Assembly (NCBI GenBank): GCA_000004985.1
Contig: GG738857.1
Source: Naegleria gruberi
Lineage: Eukaryota
DNA length: 64,000 nt
Reading direction: 5' to 3' (one strand)
Position numbers and translations under genes: made by a program. Positions 43,692 to 55,690 of this stretch are shown piece by piece (within the stretch, counting starts at the first letter, position 1; each line of letters starts with the position of its first letter). Under the pieces are notes generated by a model. That model searched no databases and had not been told where the DNA came from. It worked only from the letters and a program-made list of their open reading frames with translations.

Positions 43692-46379
43692 TTGTTTTTT
43701 CTCAAAGGCTTTGAAATGATCAAATTGAATTACGATCAAGAACTGGATATGTTTATCTGTGGAGGAAGTGGTATTGAGTTTACCTCTCAAATATCTGCTA
43801 ACCAACCTCTAATTAAAACCTCTCTAGTTGAATTGTACTTTCCATCCAAACAATCATCGAGTGGCAAAACAAATACCACTCAAACAACCGATTCCTCGAA
43901 CAAGGATCAATCAACCAACTCTGACGACAAGAAAATCACTCCTCCTATTCAGTATGGTGCCATTCCGAAGTTCTTACAAAAAACCAATCAGAACAACATC
44001 GTCTTTGTCTCAACTCCTTACAGTGAAGGTGTTATATTTCATAACTACAAGGAGATATTTCTGTGTGGCCATGTTTTAAAGGACTCCGTGCAGACTCTTC
44101 ATAAGGTTCCAGTGTTTTCAGAGACTGATAATTCAATTGTGCAAATTGTGACATGTAGACACTCAATGTTTGTCCTGTTATCTAATGGGAAGATGTACAG
44201 TTTGAGAGGAAACGAGATGGTAGTTTATTTAGATCAGGAAAAGAGAGCTCTCGATCCAAAGTGTCTCCTACAAGAAATTCCATTCGATAAACCAATTAAA
44301 TATGTTTCGAATGGTGGTGGGAAACACTTCTTTGCTCAAACAACAGACAATGAGCTCTATGCTATTGGTGACGATACATTTGGACAATTATGCCTTTCTA
44401 AATCCTCCATAAGATCACACAATGGATTTTCCAATAATACCAAAAATGTAGATGAAAGAAAGGAACTTGATGATTATGAATCCACAACTTTCTATCCAAA
44501 ATTTGTAAAAGTCCCAATTGATAAGACAATCTCAATGCAAGATAACGAAATTGAGAAGATTGAATGTGGGTTAAATCATACATTCATTCTAATAAGAAAT
44601 GTACAGACTGGTGCTAAATCTCTCTATTCCTCAGGGTGCTCATACTATGGCCAAACAGCAATTGGTTCAACAAGAAATAGAAACAGACTCTCTCAGGTAG
44701 AATTGAATTGCTCCAATGAAATTATAGATATCAAATGTAATAACAATGGCTCATATGTCATTACACCAAGAGCACTCTTCTATGCCGGTATCAATGATCA
44801 AAATATTCTTTCTGTAAATAAGGCATACAGTTCAGTGTTGACAGAAGTTCCTCTTACTACTCAAATAGCATCAAATGACGAATTCAGTATTATGGAATGT
44901 GGCTACAACCACTGCCTTGCTGTCACTAAGAGGAATAGAATATTTGGCTTTGGAAGATCCTCGTCCAATCAGTTCGGCATTGGTTTAAACAACTATATTT
45001 GCCAAGAGATTGAAACAAAGGAATTGTTTGACAAGAAGATTGTTGCCATTTGTTGTGGTCATTCTCATAGTATTATATTTTCTCAACCTTTGGTAGCTCC
45101 TGTTGAAGATGAAGTGCAGCTCCACGAAGACTTAATCAAGCTAAGATCGAGTAGTAATGTCTGGGATTTACAAATATTTACTGCATCCAAAGACTTTTCA
45201 GTGAAAATTCCTTTGTATATTCTTTCTAAAAGAAGACCAGAACTGCTGAGTTACAACAAGTCAAAGGCACCAAAATCCAAAGATAGTTTATTATATTTGA
45301 TAGATTGGATTTATTTCAATACATTCATTGAACCATCCCTACAGATTGACAGCTTGATTGATGTTCTTGAGTGGATGACTGTAAATAATGTGCAAGATGA
45401 AAGTCTTACTAACCTTGTTCTCAATGAATCAATAATAAGAACTAACGAAGAAAATGTGTATGACACCATCCAATACATATTGAATAGAAAGTATCCTAAG
45501 GAGGAGTCACCATTATCAGCTTTTTGGCACCATGCTCTAAGCTTTTGTAAACAATATATTGTAGAGAATAGCTTCTGTAAAATTAAGAACTCAAGCTTTC
45601 TCAAACAAAGCATTTTAGTTGAAATAGCAAAGCTAGAAGATCCAAATCTATTGGAATGTAGATCACTCAGTGAAGTTCAAGAATCTCTTCCTCAAACTAT
45701 TCCAGAAATTGTTTCAGAAATTTTCGACTCACCACAGCTCTCTGATTTACAAATCGTGCTAGACAAATCTAGAGGATTTGTTGTCTATTGTCACAAATCA
45801 ATTCTTGAAACACGAAGCAATTATTTTAATATGAAAAAGTACGGATTTCAAGCAGCTACAATCAATGAAATTGACGTAAGCTGTCTCTTCACTATATTTA
45901 AGAAAAATGAAGATATTACATTCGAGGATTTCATTAATTTGAAATCATTATTGAAATATCTTTATACTGGAAGAATTGAAATCACAACAAAAAATGCACT
46001 CACACTCATGTTACTTTGGGAAGCTATGGGAATGTCTGAAAAAAGTCCTCTATTTGAAACATGTAAAGACTTTGTTTGTAGAGGGCTCTGTATCGAGAAC
46101 ATTATGAATGTCATTACAAAGGTTGTCAACAGAGAAAAGAAATCTACACCAACTGAGAGTCCTTCAATGATTGGCTTTGGAATTTTCAGAAATCTAATTC
46201 AAGAAGAGGAATCACACTTGCAACCTTATAATTACTCCATCATTGAAACGGAATGCCTAAACTTTTGTGCCAACAAATGGAAGGAAATTCTCTTGATTTA
46301 CAAGCACGACATTTTAAATTTCCTATCAAAGGAACAACTCTTGAAGATTACATGTATCCAAAACAGAGTTTCCTTGTAG
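43692..46379 (+). CDS. RCC1-repeat plus BTB-domain protein (RCBTB/IBtk-like architecture)
   Basis: N-terminal RCC1 repeats (CGLNHTFILIRN..., CGYNHCLAVTKRNRIFGFGRSSSNQFG, CCGHSHSIIFS). C-terminal BTB domain (DLQIVLDKSRGFVVYCHKSILETRSNYFNMM). Confidence 0.7.
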   Translation: MFFLKGFEMIKLNYDQELDMFICGGSGIEFTSQISANQPLIKTSLVELYFPSKQSSSGKTNTTQTTDSSNKDQSTNSDDKKITPPIQYGAIPKFLQKTNQNNIVFVSTPYSEGVIFHNYKEIFLCGHVLKDSVQTLHKVPVFSETDNSIVQIVTCRHSMFVLLSNGKMYSLRGNEMVVYLDQEKRALDPKCLLQEIPFDKPIKYVSNGGGKHFFAQTTDNELYAIGDDTFGQLCLSKSSIRSHNGFSNNTKNVDERKELDDYESTTFYPKFVKVPIDKTISMQDNEIEKIECGLNHTFILIRNVQTGAKSLYSSGCSYYGQTAIGSTRNRNRLSQVELNCSNEIIDIKCNNNGSYVITPRALFYAGINDQNILSVNKAYSSVLTEVPLTTQIASNDEFSIMECGYNHCLAVTKRNRIFGFGRSSSNQFGIGLNNYICQEIETKELFDKKIVAICCGHSHSIIFSQPLVAPVEDEVQLHEDLIKLRSSSNVWDLQIFTASKDFSVKIPLYILSKRRPELLSYNKSKAPKSKDSLLYLIDWIYFNTFIEPSLQIDSLIDVLEWMTVNNVQDESLTNLVLNESIIRTNEENVYDTIQYILNRKYPKEESPLSAFWHHALSFCKQYIVENSFCKIKNSSFLKQSILVEIAKLEDPNLLECRSLSEVQESLPQTIPEIVSEIFDSPQLSDLQIVLDKSRGFVVYCHKSILETRSNYFNMKKYGFQAATINEIDVSCLFTIFKKNEDITFEDFINLKSLLKYLYTGRIEITTKNALTLMLLWEAMGMSEKSPLFETCKDFVCRGLCIENIMNVITKVVNREKKSTPTESPSMIGFGIFRNLIQEEESHLQPYNYSIIETECLNFCANKWKEILLIYKHDILNFLSKEQLLKITCIQNRVSL

Positions 46380-46530
46380 GAAGATTTACATACTTCTCAC
46401 CAAACAAATTATCATCATTCCAAAAACATTCCTCAACAACATTCCTGCAAACAAGCTCTTCCCTTACTTTGCGAGTCCAATTAAAACAAAATAAAAATAA
46501 AAAATAAAATTTTGTAATTCTCTCTAAAAA

Positions 46531-47600
46531 ATGAAGAAACTTCTTAGCTTTACCTCACAAAAGGTTGCTCCATCTTGTTTAGGAACCTTTTCTCACCAAC
46601 CTCTTCTCTCCTTCTCTCTCGCAACTACTACAACACAATCAAATCTTCTCACCGAATGTACCAACAACAATCAAAAGAGATTCGGTTCTAAACACATTTA
46701 TATTAGAGGTAAACTTCACTATCAAAAGAAGTTAGAACAAGAGAAAAAAGTTTCCAAACTCTCTGATAAGTCCAAGGCTGCTTATCGTTCAAATGCTGAA
46801 CGTAGTCAAAGCTTTGCCTGGACTCCTTCAACACCAACTCAAGAATTATATCAAAAGAATATGTTAGAATTCAAGAATTCTCGTAAGAGACCTTCTGCTC
46901 AACAATTCCTTGATATGCTCGCCACCGTTCAAAGTGCCGACGACTTTAATTATGCTATGCGTTATTGGAGAACTTTGTGTTTGAGAAGGATAAAATTCAC
47001 TGCTCAAAGCACTGAAGCCATCCTTGAAGCTATGGAAAAGTATGATGAAAATCACCCACAAACATCTATTGAACGTAAGTATTTTGTATGGGAAATTTTC
47101 TAAATATCATCTATGGATTTATTACCATGATATACGGAATAGTTATCAAAAACTCTGGTTCATCCAAGCTTGCTCAACCACTCACAAAGAAATTATTTTT
47201 CGGATTTATAACTAAACTTGTTAATGAACACAATGATACTGAAACTGCTATTGCATTGTTCAATGAATTCAAGGCAGGTCATTTGAACTTGGTTCCTACT
47301 ACTGAAGATTATGAATCCATTTATACTTTGTTGAAGGAAAAGGAAGTTTCTAAAGAAAAGGTTGTTGAATTGTTTGATAAACAACCAAAATCAGTCAGTA
47401 TTTCATGCCCAGCACCAATTTTGACCACAGTTTTTGATGCTTTCCAAGAAGTTGAAAGTAGTTTGGATGCTGCTGTCAAGAAACGAGTTCTCAATTATTT
47501 ACAAGTTCAATCACTGGGTAAGGAAGATACAATCTTTGAAGCTACCAAGCAAAAGTTATCTGAAATGACTTCCGTTCCTGCTGAAGCAAAGGAAGAGTAA
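46531..47600 (+). CDS. Hypothetical protein. Two exons with a 68-nt intron at 47075-47142.
   Basis: ORF 46531-47103 ends ...TSIE at a GTAAGT donor. The acceptor GGAATAG restores the frame of ORF 47088-47600 (LIKNSGSSKLAQPL...). The S/T/K-rich N-terminus resembles a mitochondrial presequence, but the evidence is weak. Confidence 0.5.
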
Positions 47601-47807
47601 ATATACTAGTTTTTTAACATCACAATTCACACGACACACAAACAAGGACATAAAACTAAAAATTAAATTAATTGATGTGAAATTATATTTGTAAAAATTG
47701 ATGATACACAAATCATTATGGTGTATATCATTTAGATTAATTCTAATCATCAAATATCCACACAACAATAAATCATTGAAAAGAAGTAAAATTAACGAAT
47801 TAAAAAA

Positions 47808-49457
47808 ATGCAAAACGAAGATGATGATTTATTGTTAGGTGCCGTTGAAGAGGAAGAAATGGCACAACAAAGTCTATTCGGTGAATTTGATTCAGGCTCT
47901 AATCATGTAGTCGGATCAGTGGCAGGTTCATCCTCTAATCATAATACAACACCCATCATGATGAATAACGGTCATCCTCAATCTATGCTTCAACCTAATT
48001 TCCTCTTGAGTCCACTTCTTTCCATGTCTTTGAATCCAATGCATACAATGAATCCTCTCTATGGCGTTTCAATTCCACCAATTGCTCATCCTCTAGGTTC
48101 TAACGGATCACTTTCTCTTCTCGGAATGTTGAATCCACTTGGAGCACCACCTCCACCACTTCATACACCACAACAACCATCAGTTAGTTATGGTCATAAA
48201 GTAATGCCAAAAGAAGAAGCCATTGAAGAGGAACAAGATTCATATGAAGTTTATGATGATGATAAACAAGAACCAACAGAATTTCCAACTTTGGCACAAG
48301 AGGATGTAACTAATGAACAACGATTGGATGAAATATTGACTGGACTTTCAATTACTGAGGAACAAGAAAGGATTAAATATTATGTGCAACATGGAGTTAA
48401 ATATCCATTTGTAGCACAATGGAGAAATCCTTTAATTCACTCTATTAGAGAAAATGTGATTGTGAAACATGTTGTGGATTTTAATCCATATTTTGGAATT
48501 GTAGTAATTGTAGAACCTTTATATTTAAGTCATGATAAGAAAAAGAAAAAGTCAACCGTGGATGATTTGAGAAGAACTGGGTTTTATGTTCATGCTGTTG
48601 ATTTATATGGTATGAAAAAGAAGAGTGTTATTGGTAGATTACTTGATGATCATAGAAAATATATTAAGAGATGTGTTCTTGTCAATCAAACCAAAGAATG
48701 TTTCGAATCCAACGACGTACTTATACTAAAAACTAAATGTGAAACTAAGATACCAAAAATTAATGAAATAACAAGTCTAATCAATAGTGCAGTCAAGTTA
48801 AAGAGTTCAGATGATTCTGACTTGGTTACAATTGTGAATAGATACGAGTCTCACGGAGGAAATCCACCCCAAAAATTAAATAAGAAGATTGATGTTGTAA
48901 AGGCCCTAGAAGTTGAGGATATTAATGAAAGAATTACTGCTTTGTGTCCACCTGGTACTGGGTGTATCAATGATTTATCAACCCTTGTAAGATATGCCAC
49001 AACTTGTTGTAAATTCCCATTCGATGCAAAAGTTACTTCATTGTATTCATTCCTAAATGATCAACAAGTTGAATTTACTGTATCGGTGAACAGTGTAAAC
49101 TATAGATGTAAACAAGGTATCATATTCAAAGCAACAATAACATCTGGAACTCTGAGTCCAATAGATGGCAGATTTAAAGTTCACATTGATAATGATGACG
49201 ATGCTGGTTCAGATGACGATGATGAACCATATAGAAAGAAGAGAAAAATGTCAGGATCTACACCATTCGATACATACACTGGTACAACAATCAAGGTTGA
49301 TAGTTCTAGACTGAGAGTAGACGATAGTACCAAGTCTGTAAATCTTACAGTATTGATGGATTATCAAACATGGTTTATTCATTCTACATTGCTTGATGAA
49401 AAGAAGATTGATGAACAATGGACAAACCTGAGATTCTATCTTCAATTTGTTGATTAA
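47808..49457 (+). CDS. Hypothetical protein (549 aa)
   Basis: Long ORF with an acidic N-terminus, a P/S/L-rich low-complexity tract and a C-terminal DDDDAGSDDDDE acidic cluster. No domain recognised. Confidence 0.5.
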   Translation: MQNEDDDLLLGAVEEEEMAQQSLFGEFDSGSNHVVGSVAGSSSNHNTTPIMMNNGHPQSMLQPNFLLSPLLSMSLNPMHTMNPLYGVSIPPIAHPLGSNGSLSLLGMLNPLGAPPPPLHTPQQPSVSYGHKVMPKEEAIEEEQDSYEVYDDDKQEPTEFPTLAQEDVTNEQRLDEILTGLSITEEQERIKYYVQHGVKYPFVAQWRNPLIHSIRENVIVKHVVDFNPYFGIVVIVEPLYLSHDKKKKKSTVDDLRRTGFYVHAVDLYGMKKKSVIGRLLDDHRKYIKRCVLVNQTKECFESNDVLILKTKCETKIPKINEITSLINSAVKLKSSDDSDLVTIVNRYESHGGNPPQKLNKKIDVVKALEVEDINERITALCPPGTGCINDLSTLVRYATTCCKFPFDAKVTSLYSFLNDQQVEFTVSVNSVNYRCKQGIIFKATITSGTLSPIDGRFKVHIDNDDDAGSDDDDEPYRKKRKMSGSTPFDTYTGTTIKVDSSRLRVDDSTKSVNLTVLMDYQTWFIHSTLLDEKKIDEQWTNLRFYLQFVD

Positions 49458-49469
49458 TTTATTAAAACT

Positions 49470-51769
49470 CTATTTGAAACTCAATGATTCAATTTCTAAT
49501 AATGCAAAATTGTTTTCACCTCCAATACATGATACCAAGTAAGGTGAAATAGCAGATTGTGAAGCTAAAGGAGAGAGGATTTGTTGAATGTTTTGGATGA
49601 CTTGGCTGCTTGGAGAGAAGACTCTAACAATATCAATCTTTTTCTTTGGAATGAGGTTTGCAAGTTGACCAAGGTCAAAATTCTCCTTATTCTCTGAAGT
49701 AAGTAAAATAGTTGTGATAGAAGCAAGTGGAGAAGCGATAACAGTCTGGCAAGTGGCCTTAACATTTTCAGACAAGACATGTTGTTCTGCAGCTGAGAGT
49801 GTAATTTGTTCCTTAAAGTCATCGTCATCATAACCATAAATTTCTTCATAGTCAATTGGTAAATTCTTCATGTAACCAAATACGTGTATCTCGACAAGAG
49901 CTCCTCTTGGAAGGTCAGGAACAAAAACTGTTTGCATGAGGCACTTGTTATTGGATAAAAGTTTGCTAGCATGAGTTTTGAATGAATTTTGAACAATTTC
50001 TTGTGCTTTTTGCAAATCAGGCAATTTTCCAAAATTCAAGTAAGTGAGACATCTGAAACAATCTTCAATACGACTCTCTCTCATTCCATCTAAAACTTGA
50101 TTAATATTTTTGAGAGATTGACCAGTTTGTAAATCCAAAGCTTCTTCAATATTTGAAGAAATAATCAGTTCCATACTTTCTGGAATGAAGGCAATTTGTC
50201 CAGCAAGTCTCAACAATTTTTCTTGGGAAGTAGCTTGAGCATACGGACCAATACATGAAGGAGCCCACTCTGAAACACTTTGAACAAACAATGAAGAATT
50301 TGAATAAACACTCGAAGGATTAATCTTCTTTCTATCGAGCAAACATTCAATGGCAATTTGTTGATTTGGATTAACAAAGTTATTGGCAATACAGACTCTA
50401 CTTGGTCTATTGAGTCCATTCGAGAAGAAGTGACAATATGCTTGATTGACACTACCAAAACAATTCATTCCTGAAATTTGTAAAACACAATGAACCATTT
50501 GTTGAGCCATGTCTGGAGCTAATTCACTCAATTTTTGGAAAATGGCAAACAATTCAAGAGCTGGATCATACTTTTGATCAACATTGCAACGACCAACTAC
50601 ATAACAGAGTTTGTCAGTGGTTTCCTCAATCTTAATTTCAACAAGACTCTTCAAATGATCCAAATTAGAATTACTTTGCAATGAATTCACAGCGTTGGTG
50701 TCTTGCATAAAGATGGCAATATTGGTTGATTTTTGACAAGTTGGAGGTTGATAATCGAGCTTATTTTCAACATGGAATTCAGAAATTAAAAGATGACCAA
50801 CTCCGCCCATATCATCTTCAGAAATCATTACAATTTCACTCTTATCTCTGTATTTTGTCAATTCTATTCATAATAAATAATTAGTACTACTCACATGACA
50901 ATTCTCTTCTTGAAAAGTGGACAATCCAAGGTTAAACTCTCATATTCTCCTCCCTCTCCACAAACATTCAATCCAGCACTATCTTTGAGTTTCATAAATG
51001 TTGGTTGTAATTCTGCAAGAGTTTTACCCAAATGTTTTTTAGGGAATAAACCCATAGAGGCAGTCTTGATCAATACACAGTTCATCCCAGCTTTAATCAT
51101 TTCATCCAACAATTCCTCTTGAGGTTTTCTCCACAAATAGCTCAAAGAAACCAATCCTAAACGAGAACAACTGTAAATTCCACAAAATAACATTCGAATC
51201 AATTTCAAATTATTCACAATTCAACACTTACACATTCTCCACTCTAAATCTTTGATAATCTGAAAATATAGCTCCACAAGAAACTGCTCCAACTTCAGGC
51301 ATTTCATCCTTAACTCTCTTCAATAAATTATACAAATTCTCCACCTCATCTTCAATTGACTTTTTATGATCATCATATTCCAATGTAGTTTGTAATGAAG
51401 ATCCACTCAATTCTCCAATAAATAAAGGTAATTCCATACATTCAGCAATTGCAGAAATTACATTATGACCAACAGTTTGAAACATCCAACTATCAAGTTC
51501 CTCTATTTTCAAAAATTCATTTTTTTCATCACAAATTTTTCATCACGAATTTTTAATTATTTTTCCAAAAGGAATTAAATGTAGTTTGATGATCATAATA
51601 TGTATCGGAAATAGTAAATACTATTTAAATAGTATTTAAAAAACGTACGAACTTGAATGTTAGGAGGTCTCAAGTTTGCAAGACAAACAATTTCATGTCC
51701 GTGTTGGACACATTTGACCATATTGTAGCATGAATCTTTACCACCACTGACCAAGGCGACTACTTTCAT
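49470..51769 (-). CDS. DPH6: Diphthine--ammonia ligase (DPH6/ATPBD4). Four exons: approximately 51769-51649, 51502-51232, 51170-50895 and 50847-49470.
   Basis: Exon 1 encodes MKVVALVSGGKDSCYNMVKCVQHGHEIVCLANLRPPNIQ, the PP-loop SGGKDS. Exon 2 encodes ELDSWMFQTVGH...AVSCGAIFSDYQRFRVENV. Exon 3 encodes CSRLGLVSLSYLWRKPQEELLDEMIKAGMNCVLIKTASMGL...HLGKTL...VCGEGGEYESLTLDCPLFKKRIV. All align with human DPH6. The introns are 61 and 47 nt (GTAAGT..TTTACAG and GTGAGT..ATACAG) plus one first intron of about 146 nt. The C-terminal exon carries the YjgF-like domains. Confidence 0.8.
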
Positions 51770-51868
51770 TTTTTTTGATTTTTTTATTAAATATTACAGA
51801 GATTACAATGAATTAAATTGTAAAATGTGAAATTAGTAACCAAATAATGTAATCTTAGGGAAAATAAT

Positions 51869-52338
51869 TTACAATCCAGCCATAGCCATAGCCAACCAAC
51901 CAGCAATGAAGGCAACTCCACCAATTGGAGTAATAGCTCCAAGTTTCTTTGAAATATTCAATAATCATCATCATTTCGAATATATTAAATCCATAATAAT
52001 AAATTCAATCAATTCTAATTCCACTAAATACAAATCAGACTTACAGTTTTATCAGTCAAAACCAAAGCATACAAACTTCCACTAAATAAAATAATTCCAG
52101 TTGATAACAATGATCCAACCACGTGATGATTTCTACCGATTTGACTGATGGCCATCAATCCGAGACCATGAAGAAAATGATATTGTGCTCCAGTTTTCCA
52201 TTGTTCAATTCTACGTGGTTCGAAATTCTTCAATCCATGAGCTCCGAATGCACCAGTAGCAACAGCAATGGCACAATTAATTGCACCCAATGAGAAGTAA
52301 AACTTTCTCGGATTGGAAAGGAGAGTTTGAAAAACCAT
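51869..52338 (-). CDS. TMEM256/DUF423 family small membrane protein. Two exons with an 86-nt intron at 51958-52043.
   Basis: GAINCAIAVATGAFGAHG and HFLHGLGLMAIS match the DUF423 signature (human TMEM256 ALGFASYGAHG...HHFLHSLAL). A minus-strand intron GTAAGT...TTCAAAG adds the C-terminus KLGAITPIGGVAFIAGWLAMAMAGL. Confidence 0.7.
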
Positions 52339-52549
52339 TTTTTTTGATTAATTATTGCTCACAGTAATGATAAATTGTCCTATTTAATATGTCCTTTGTG
52401 TTTTAATGTGGAAAATTCATGAAGTGATGATGAATATTACAATATTACAATTAAATATTATTAACATATAAATAATATTTGAATAGTATTTGTGAAAAGT
52501 GTTAAATTGATGATTTTTGGTGGTTTTTATTTACAAACAGGGAAGGGAA

Positions 52550-53086
52550 TTAAACACTCATGGAAATAGAGAGAGCAACACCTAATGCTAAACTCAAGAA
52601 GAATTGTACAAAGAAGAGAATACCCGATGTTCTGGCGTAGGCTTGAGCTCTTGGATTGCTTGATCTTCTAAATTTAAAGTAACAAATTAACCACACGAGA
52701 CCAATAAATAAACCAATAATTAATAAAAGTTTGGCATCATTTTCTTCCTTGACATCATAATTCGTTAACAAGGCAGTGCTTGTATTAGTCACTGTTTGAT
52801 AGGAAGTTGGTTGTTGATAAGTCACAGGTTGAGTATAAATAACAGGTTGAGCATTATAGAATGGTTGATTGGCTGTATAGGTTCCTTCTTGTTGAGCAAT
52901 TGGTGAATAATATGGTACTGGTTGATAGGTTTGTGGTTGTGAAGTTGTTGCAGTTGTGGTGGTATTTGTTGTTGTTGGGACATTAGGATTAATAGCACCA
53001 TATTGAACAGCTCCGGTATCATAGGAAGGTTGTTGTTGTTGAATACCCTTTGATTGATCGTTGTAATTTTGTTGTTGTTGAGACAT
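52550..53086 (-). CDS. Q/T/P/Y-rich low-complexity protein with a C-terminal two-TM anchor (hypothetical)
   Basis: ORF of 178 aa. The N-terminal region is rich in Q, T, P and Y; the C-terminus has the helices LLLIIGLFIGLVWLICYF and ILFFVQFFLSLALGVALSI. Confidence 0.45.
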   Translation of the reverse strand: MSQQQQNYNDQSKGIQQQQPSYDTGAVQYGAINPNVPTTTNTTTTATTSQPQTYQPVPYYSPIAQQEGTYTANQPFYNAQPVIYTQPVTYQQPTSYQTVTNTSTALLTNYDVKEENDAKLLLIIGLFIGLVWLICYFKFRRSSNPRAQAYARTSGILFFVQFFLSLALGVALSISMSV

Positions 53087-53907
53087 TTTTATGAATTTGT
53101 TTTTTCAAAATTTGATTTGAAGTGGAAGGTTTAAAAGTCTAATTGTGAGTGGAATTTGAAATCTAATTCAATTCCAAGTTGAAGGAGTTTTAGCTTGGAA
53201 TTCATCGCAAGAATTTGATCACCCCGATTAATAGATTTTTATTAGTGTTACTGTTAGGTTCTAATCATGGCTTAATGGGAAGGAAAATCAATAATTTATT
53301 CTGTTTGTGATAATCATCTTAATATAACGTCCTTAATATTGTTTTTTGGCGCCAATATTGAACGTTTCACAGTTATGTTTAAAAAATTAAGGAAAAATAT
53401 GATGAAAAAAATTGAATGAATTGCACCAATAGACGAATTATTGGAAAGGAATCTTCCAATAATTTAATCAATAACAATAATGGAATGATTCCTGATAAAT
53501 CATCCCCAAGTAATTCTTCATCAAGTCTCTCAGGAAATGAGGAAGTATTTAATGATGAAGATATCAATTCTTTAATTGATATCACAGCTAATTCCTCAAT
53601 AGAAAAAGATCCATCCCAACACGAGGAGGAAGAAATTCAATCCGATTCATCACATCATCAATACAATGAAGACGATTTCAAAATTGTGAAGCATTAAGAA
53701 TAATGATTCATTTCATTCTAGGAATAGACACACATCTAAATTGTACCTCTGATACTATTTTTATATAGTATTATTTTGAATACGACAACATCAAATCACC
53801 AAAATATTCTGCTACACAATGTGCGTGTTGAAGCTGAAAAACAATTCTACAATTTTACCTTTTTTGCGAATCCATCATCCCGCCATTGATGTACACTTTT
53901 TTGGCGC

Positions 53908-55620
53908 GTGAATGATACAGAATACACCAAGCAGGTAATTAAGGAGNNNNNNNNNNNNNNNNNNNNNNNNNNNNNNNNNNNNNNNNNNNNNNNNNNTGCA
54001 GATCATCAACAACACATGCAACATTATTTGGACAATTCCGGTGCTGGTCATCATTCCATGAATGTTGGTGGTCAATCCAACAATACAATTTCCTCCACTG
54101 CAAGTCATTATGTATTTGGTGGTGGAAGTAGTCAAGCTACTTCTACACTTCAACCTCTTCCAAATACCTCATCCTTGTTGAGTGGTGCAAGTGGAAACCA
54201 GCATGTTGTAGGAAACAATCAACATACAAATAATGGTCAATCTTCTACAACCTCAATACAAATACAATTACAGCAACTACAACAATATCAACAACAAAGA
54301 TATGGTACTAATAATACAACTCAACAATTGCCTTCCATGAATGCCTACCCATCTCAGCAAAATCAAGAAGATGACCAGTTGGCTGATTGGATGAATGAAC
54401 AACCTTCTAGAATGTTGCAACAACAAGAACTTCCTCCATTTGAGAATGATTTTGGATTTGATGGATGGTTCCAATCTGAGGAGAATCTTAATAATGTTCT
54501 ATCTCAACAATTGACTAATGGTTACTTCCAGAACTCAATGATGGGTAACTTGAACAACCAAGGTGCACAAGATATGGACAACTACCAATCAAGACAAATG
54601 GGACTCGGTTCCAACTTTAACCTTAATTCTGTGTCAGGTAATTTAATGCAAAATGGTCAACCAAATTTTGTAATGGACGATCCAAACTTTAATGTCTGGG
54701 GTGATGCTGGAGATTTAGATTTGGATGAAGGATTACTGAACAAACACCAAGGTAATCCACTCTTTGGCGGTACTCAACTCTTTACCAATCATACAATGTC
54801 GACAACTGAATCTAAGGGCGTGACTAGTATAACAGCATTGGCAAATAGTTTGAATTTCAGTGAATCTCCTCAAATGAAAAAGACAAGGAAATCGAAGAAG
54901 ACCAACAACTTAACAGAACACTATCAACAAAATGGCTTTGATGAATCTTATGAACAAAACATTTTAGATATGGACAATGAAAGCTTTAAGAATTATGTTA
55001 ACGGTTTGTATGGTGAAAAGGGAAAGAAGAAGAATAAGACTCAAATTCCATTCAATGAAGAAGACTTTTCAAAACTACTCCTAGCCAAGGAAAGAATTAC
55101 AGAACTGTACCACCAATGCCAGCAGGACAACATGAGTCTAGTCAACTCAGTGATGAGTCAATACACACCATCCATGGAGATGGATGATTCTTTAAGTAAC
55201 GAAATGAAAGAACTCTATGCCAAGGTTAACGCCAAACTGGACTATAAGAACACTGAGAATAAGAACCACTGTGAACAAGTGCTCAAGAAACTCATCTATG
55301 AATGGGTTGACATGGTTAAGGCTCAAAAAACAGTGGTCAGTTCAGACAAGACTAGTAATGATTCTTCCAACAAATCGAGCAAAAAATCAAAGAGTGCCAA
55401 CAGAAGACTTCCTAATGAAGCTAAGAAAGTTTTAGAAAATTGGTTCTTGGAACACTACAAGCATCCTTACCCAACCAATGAAGAAAAACAATGGCTAAGT
55501 GATCAAACTCAACTCAACCTCACTCAAATCAATAACTGGTTTATTAACAAGAGAGGGCGATCTCTCAAATTGGTGAAGGAAAAATTAAGGACTGAAACTG
55601 ATGATGGAGAAGAAGAATAA
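53908..55620 (+). CDS. TALE-class homeobox protein (MEIS/KNOX/PBX-like homeodomain at the C-terminus). The CDS is interrupted by an assembly gap.
   Basis: Homeodomain RRLPNEAKKVLENWFLEHYKHPYPTNEEKQWLSDQTQLNLTQINNWFINKRGR, with the three-residue loop extension HPYP and the WFIN motif. The N-terminal part is Q/N-rich. The start codon is uncertain because of the N-run and a possible GTAATT donor at 53927. Confidence 0.7.
   Translation: MNDTEYTKQVIKEXXXXXXXXXXXXXXXXXADHQQHMQHYLDNSGAGHHSMNVGGQSNNTISSTASHYVFGGGSSQATSTLQPLPNTSSLLSGASGNQHVVGNNQHTNNGQSSTTSIQIQLQQLQQYQQQRYGTNNTTQQLPSMNAYPSQQNQEDDQLADWMNEQPSRMLQQQELPPFENDFGFDGWFQSEENLNNVLSQQLTNGYFQNSMMGNLNNQGAQDMDNYQSRQMGLGSNFNLNSVSGNLMQNGQPNFVMDDPNFNVWGDAGDLDLDEGLLNKHQGNPLFGGTQLFTNHTMSTTESKGVTSITALANSLNFSESPQMKKTRKSKKTNNLTEHYQQNGFDESYEQNILDMDNESFKNYVNGLYGEKGKKKNKTQIPFNEEDFSKLLLAKERITELYHQCQQDNMSLVNSVMSQYTPSMEMDDSLSNEMKELYAKVNAKLDYKNTENKNHCEQVLKKLIYEWVDMVKAQKTVVSSDKTSNDSSNKSSKKSKSANRRLPNEAKKVLENWFLEHYKHPYPTNEEKQWLSDQTQLNLTQINNWFINKRGRSLKLVKEKLRTETDDGEEE
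53947..53996. other. Assembly gap (run of 50 N)
   Basis: A literal N-run in the sequence. Confidence 0.99.
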
Positions 55621-55690
55621 ATCAAAACTAAAATTTACATTGTAACAATCCTTCTATTCCGATAATTTCTGGAAATTAAATTAAAAAAAA

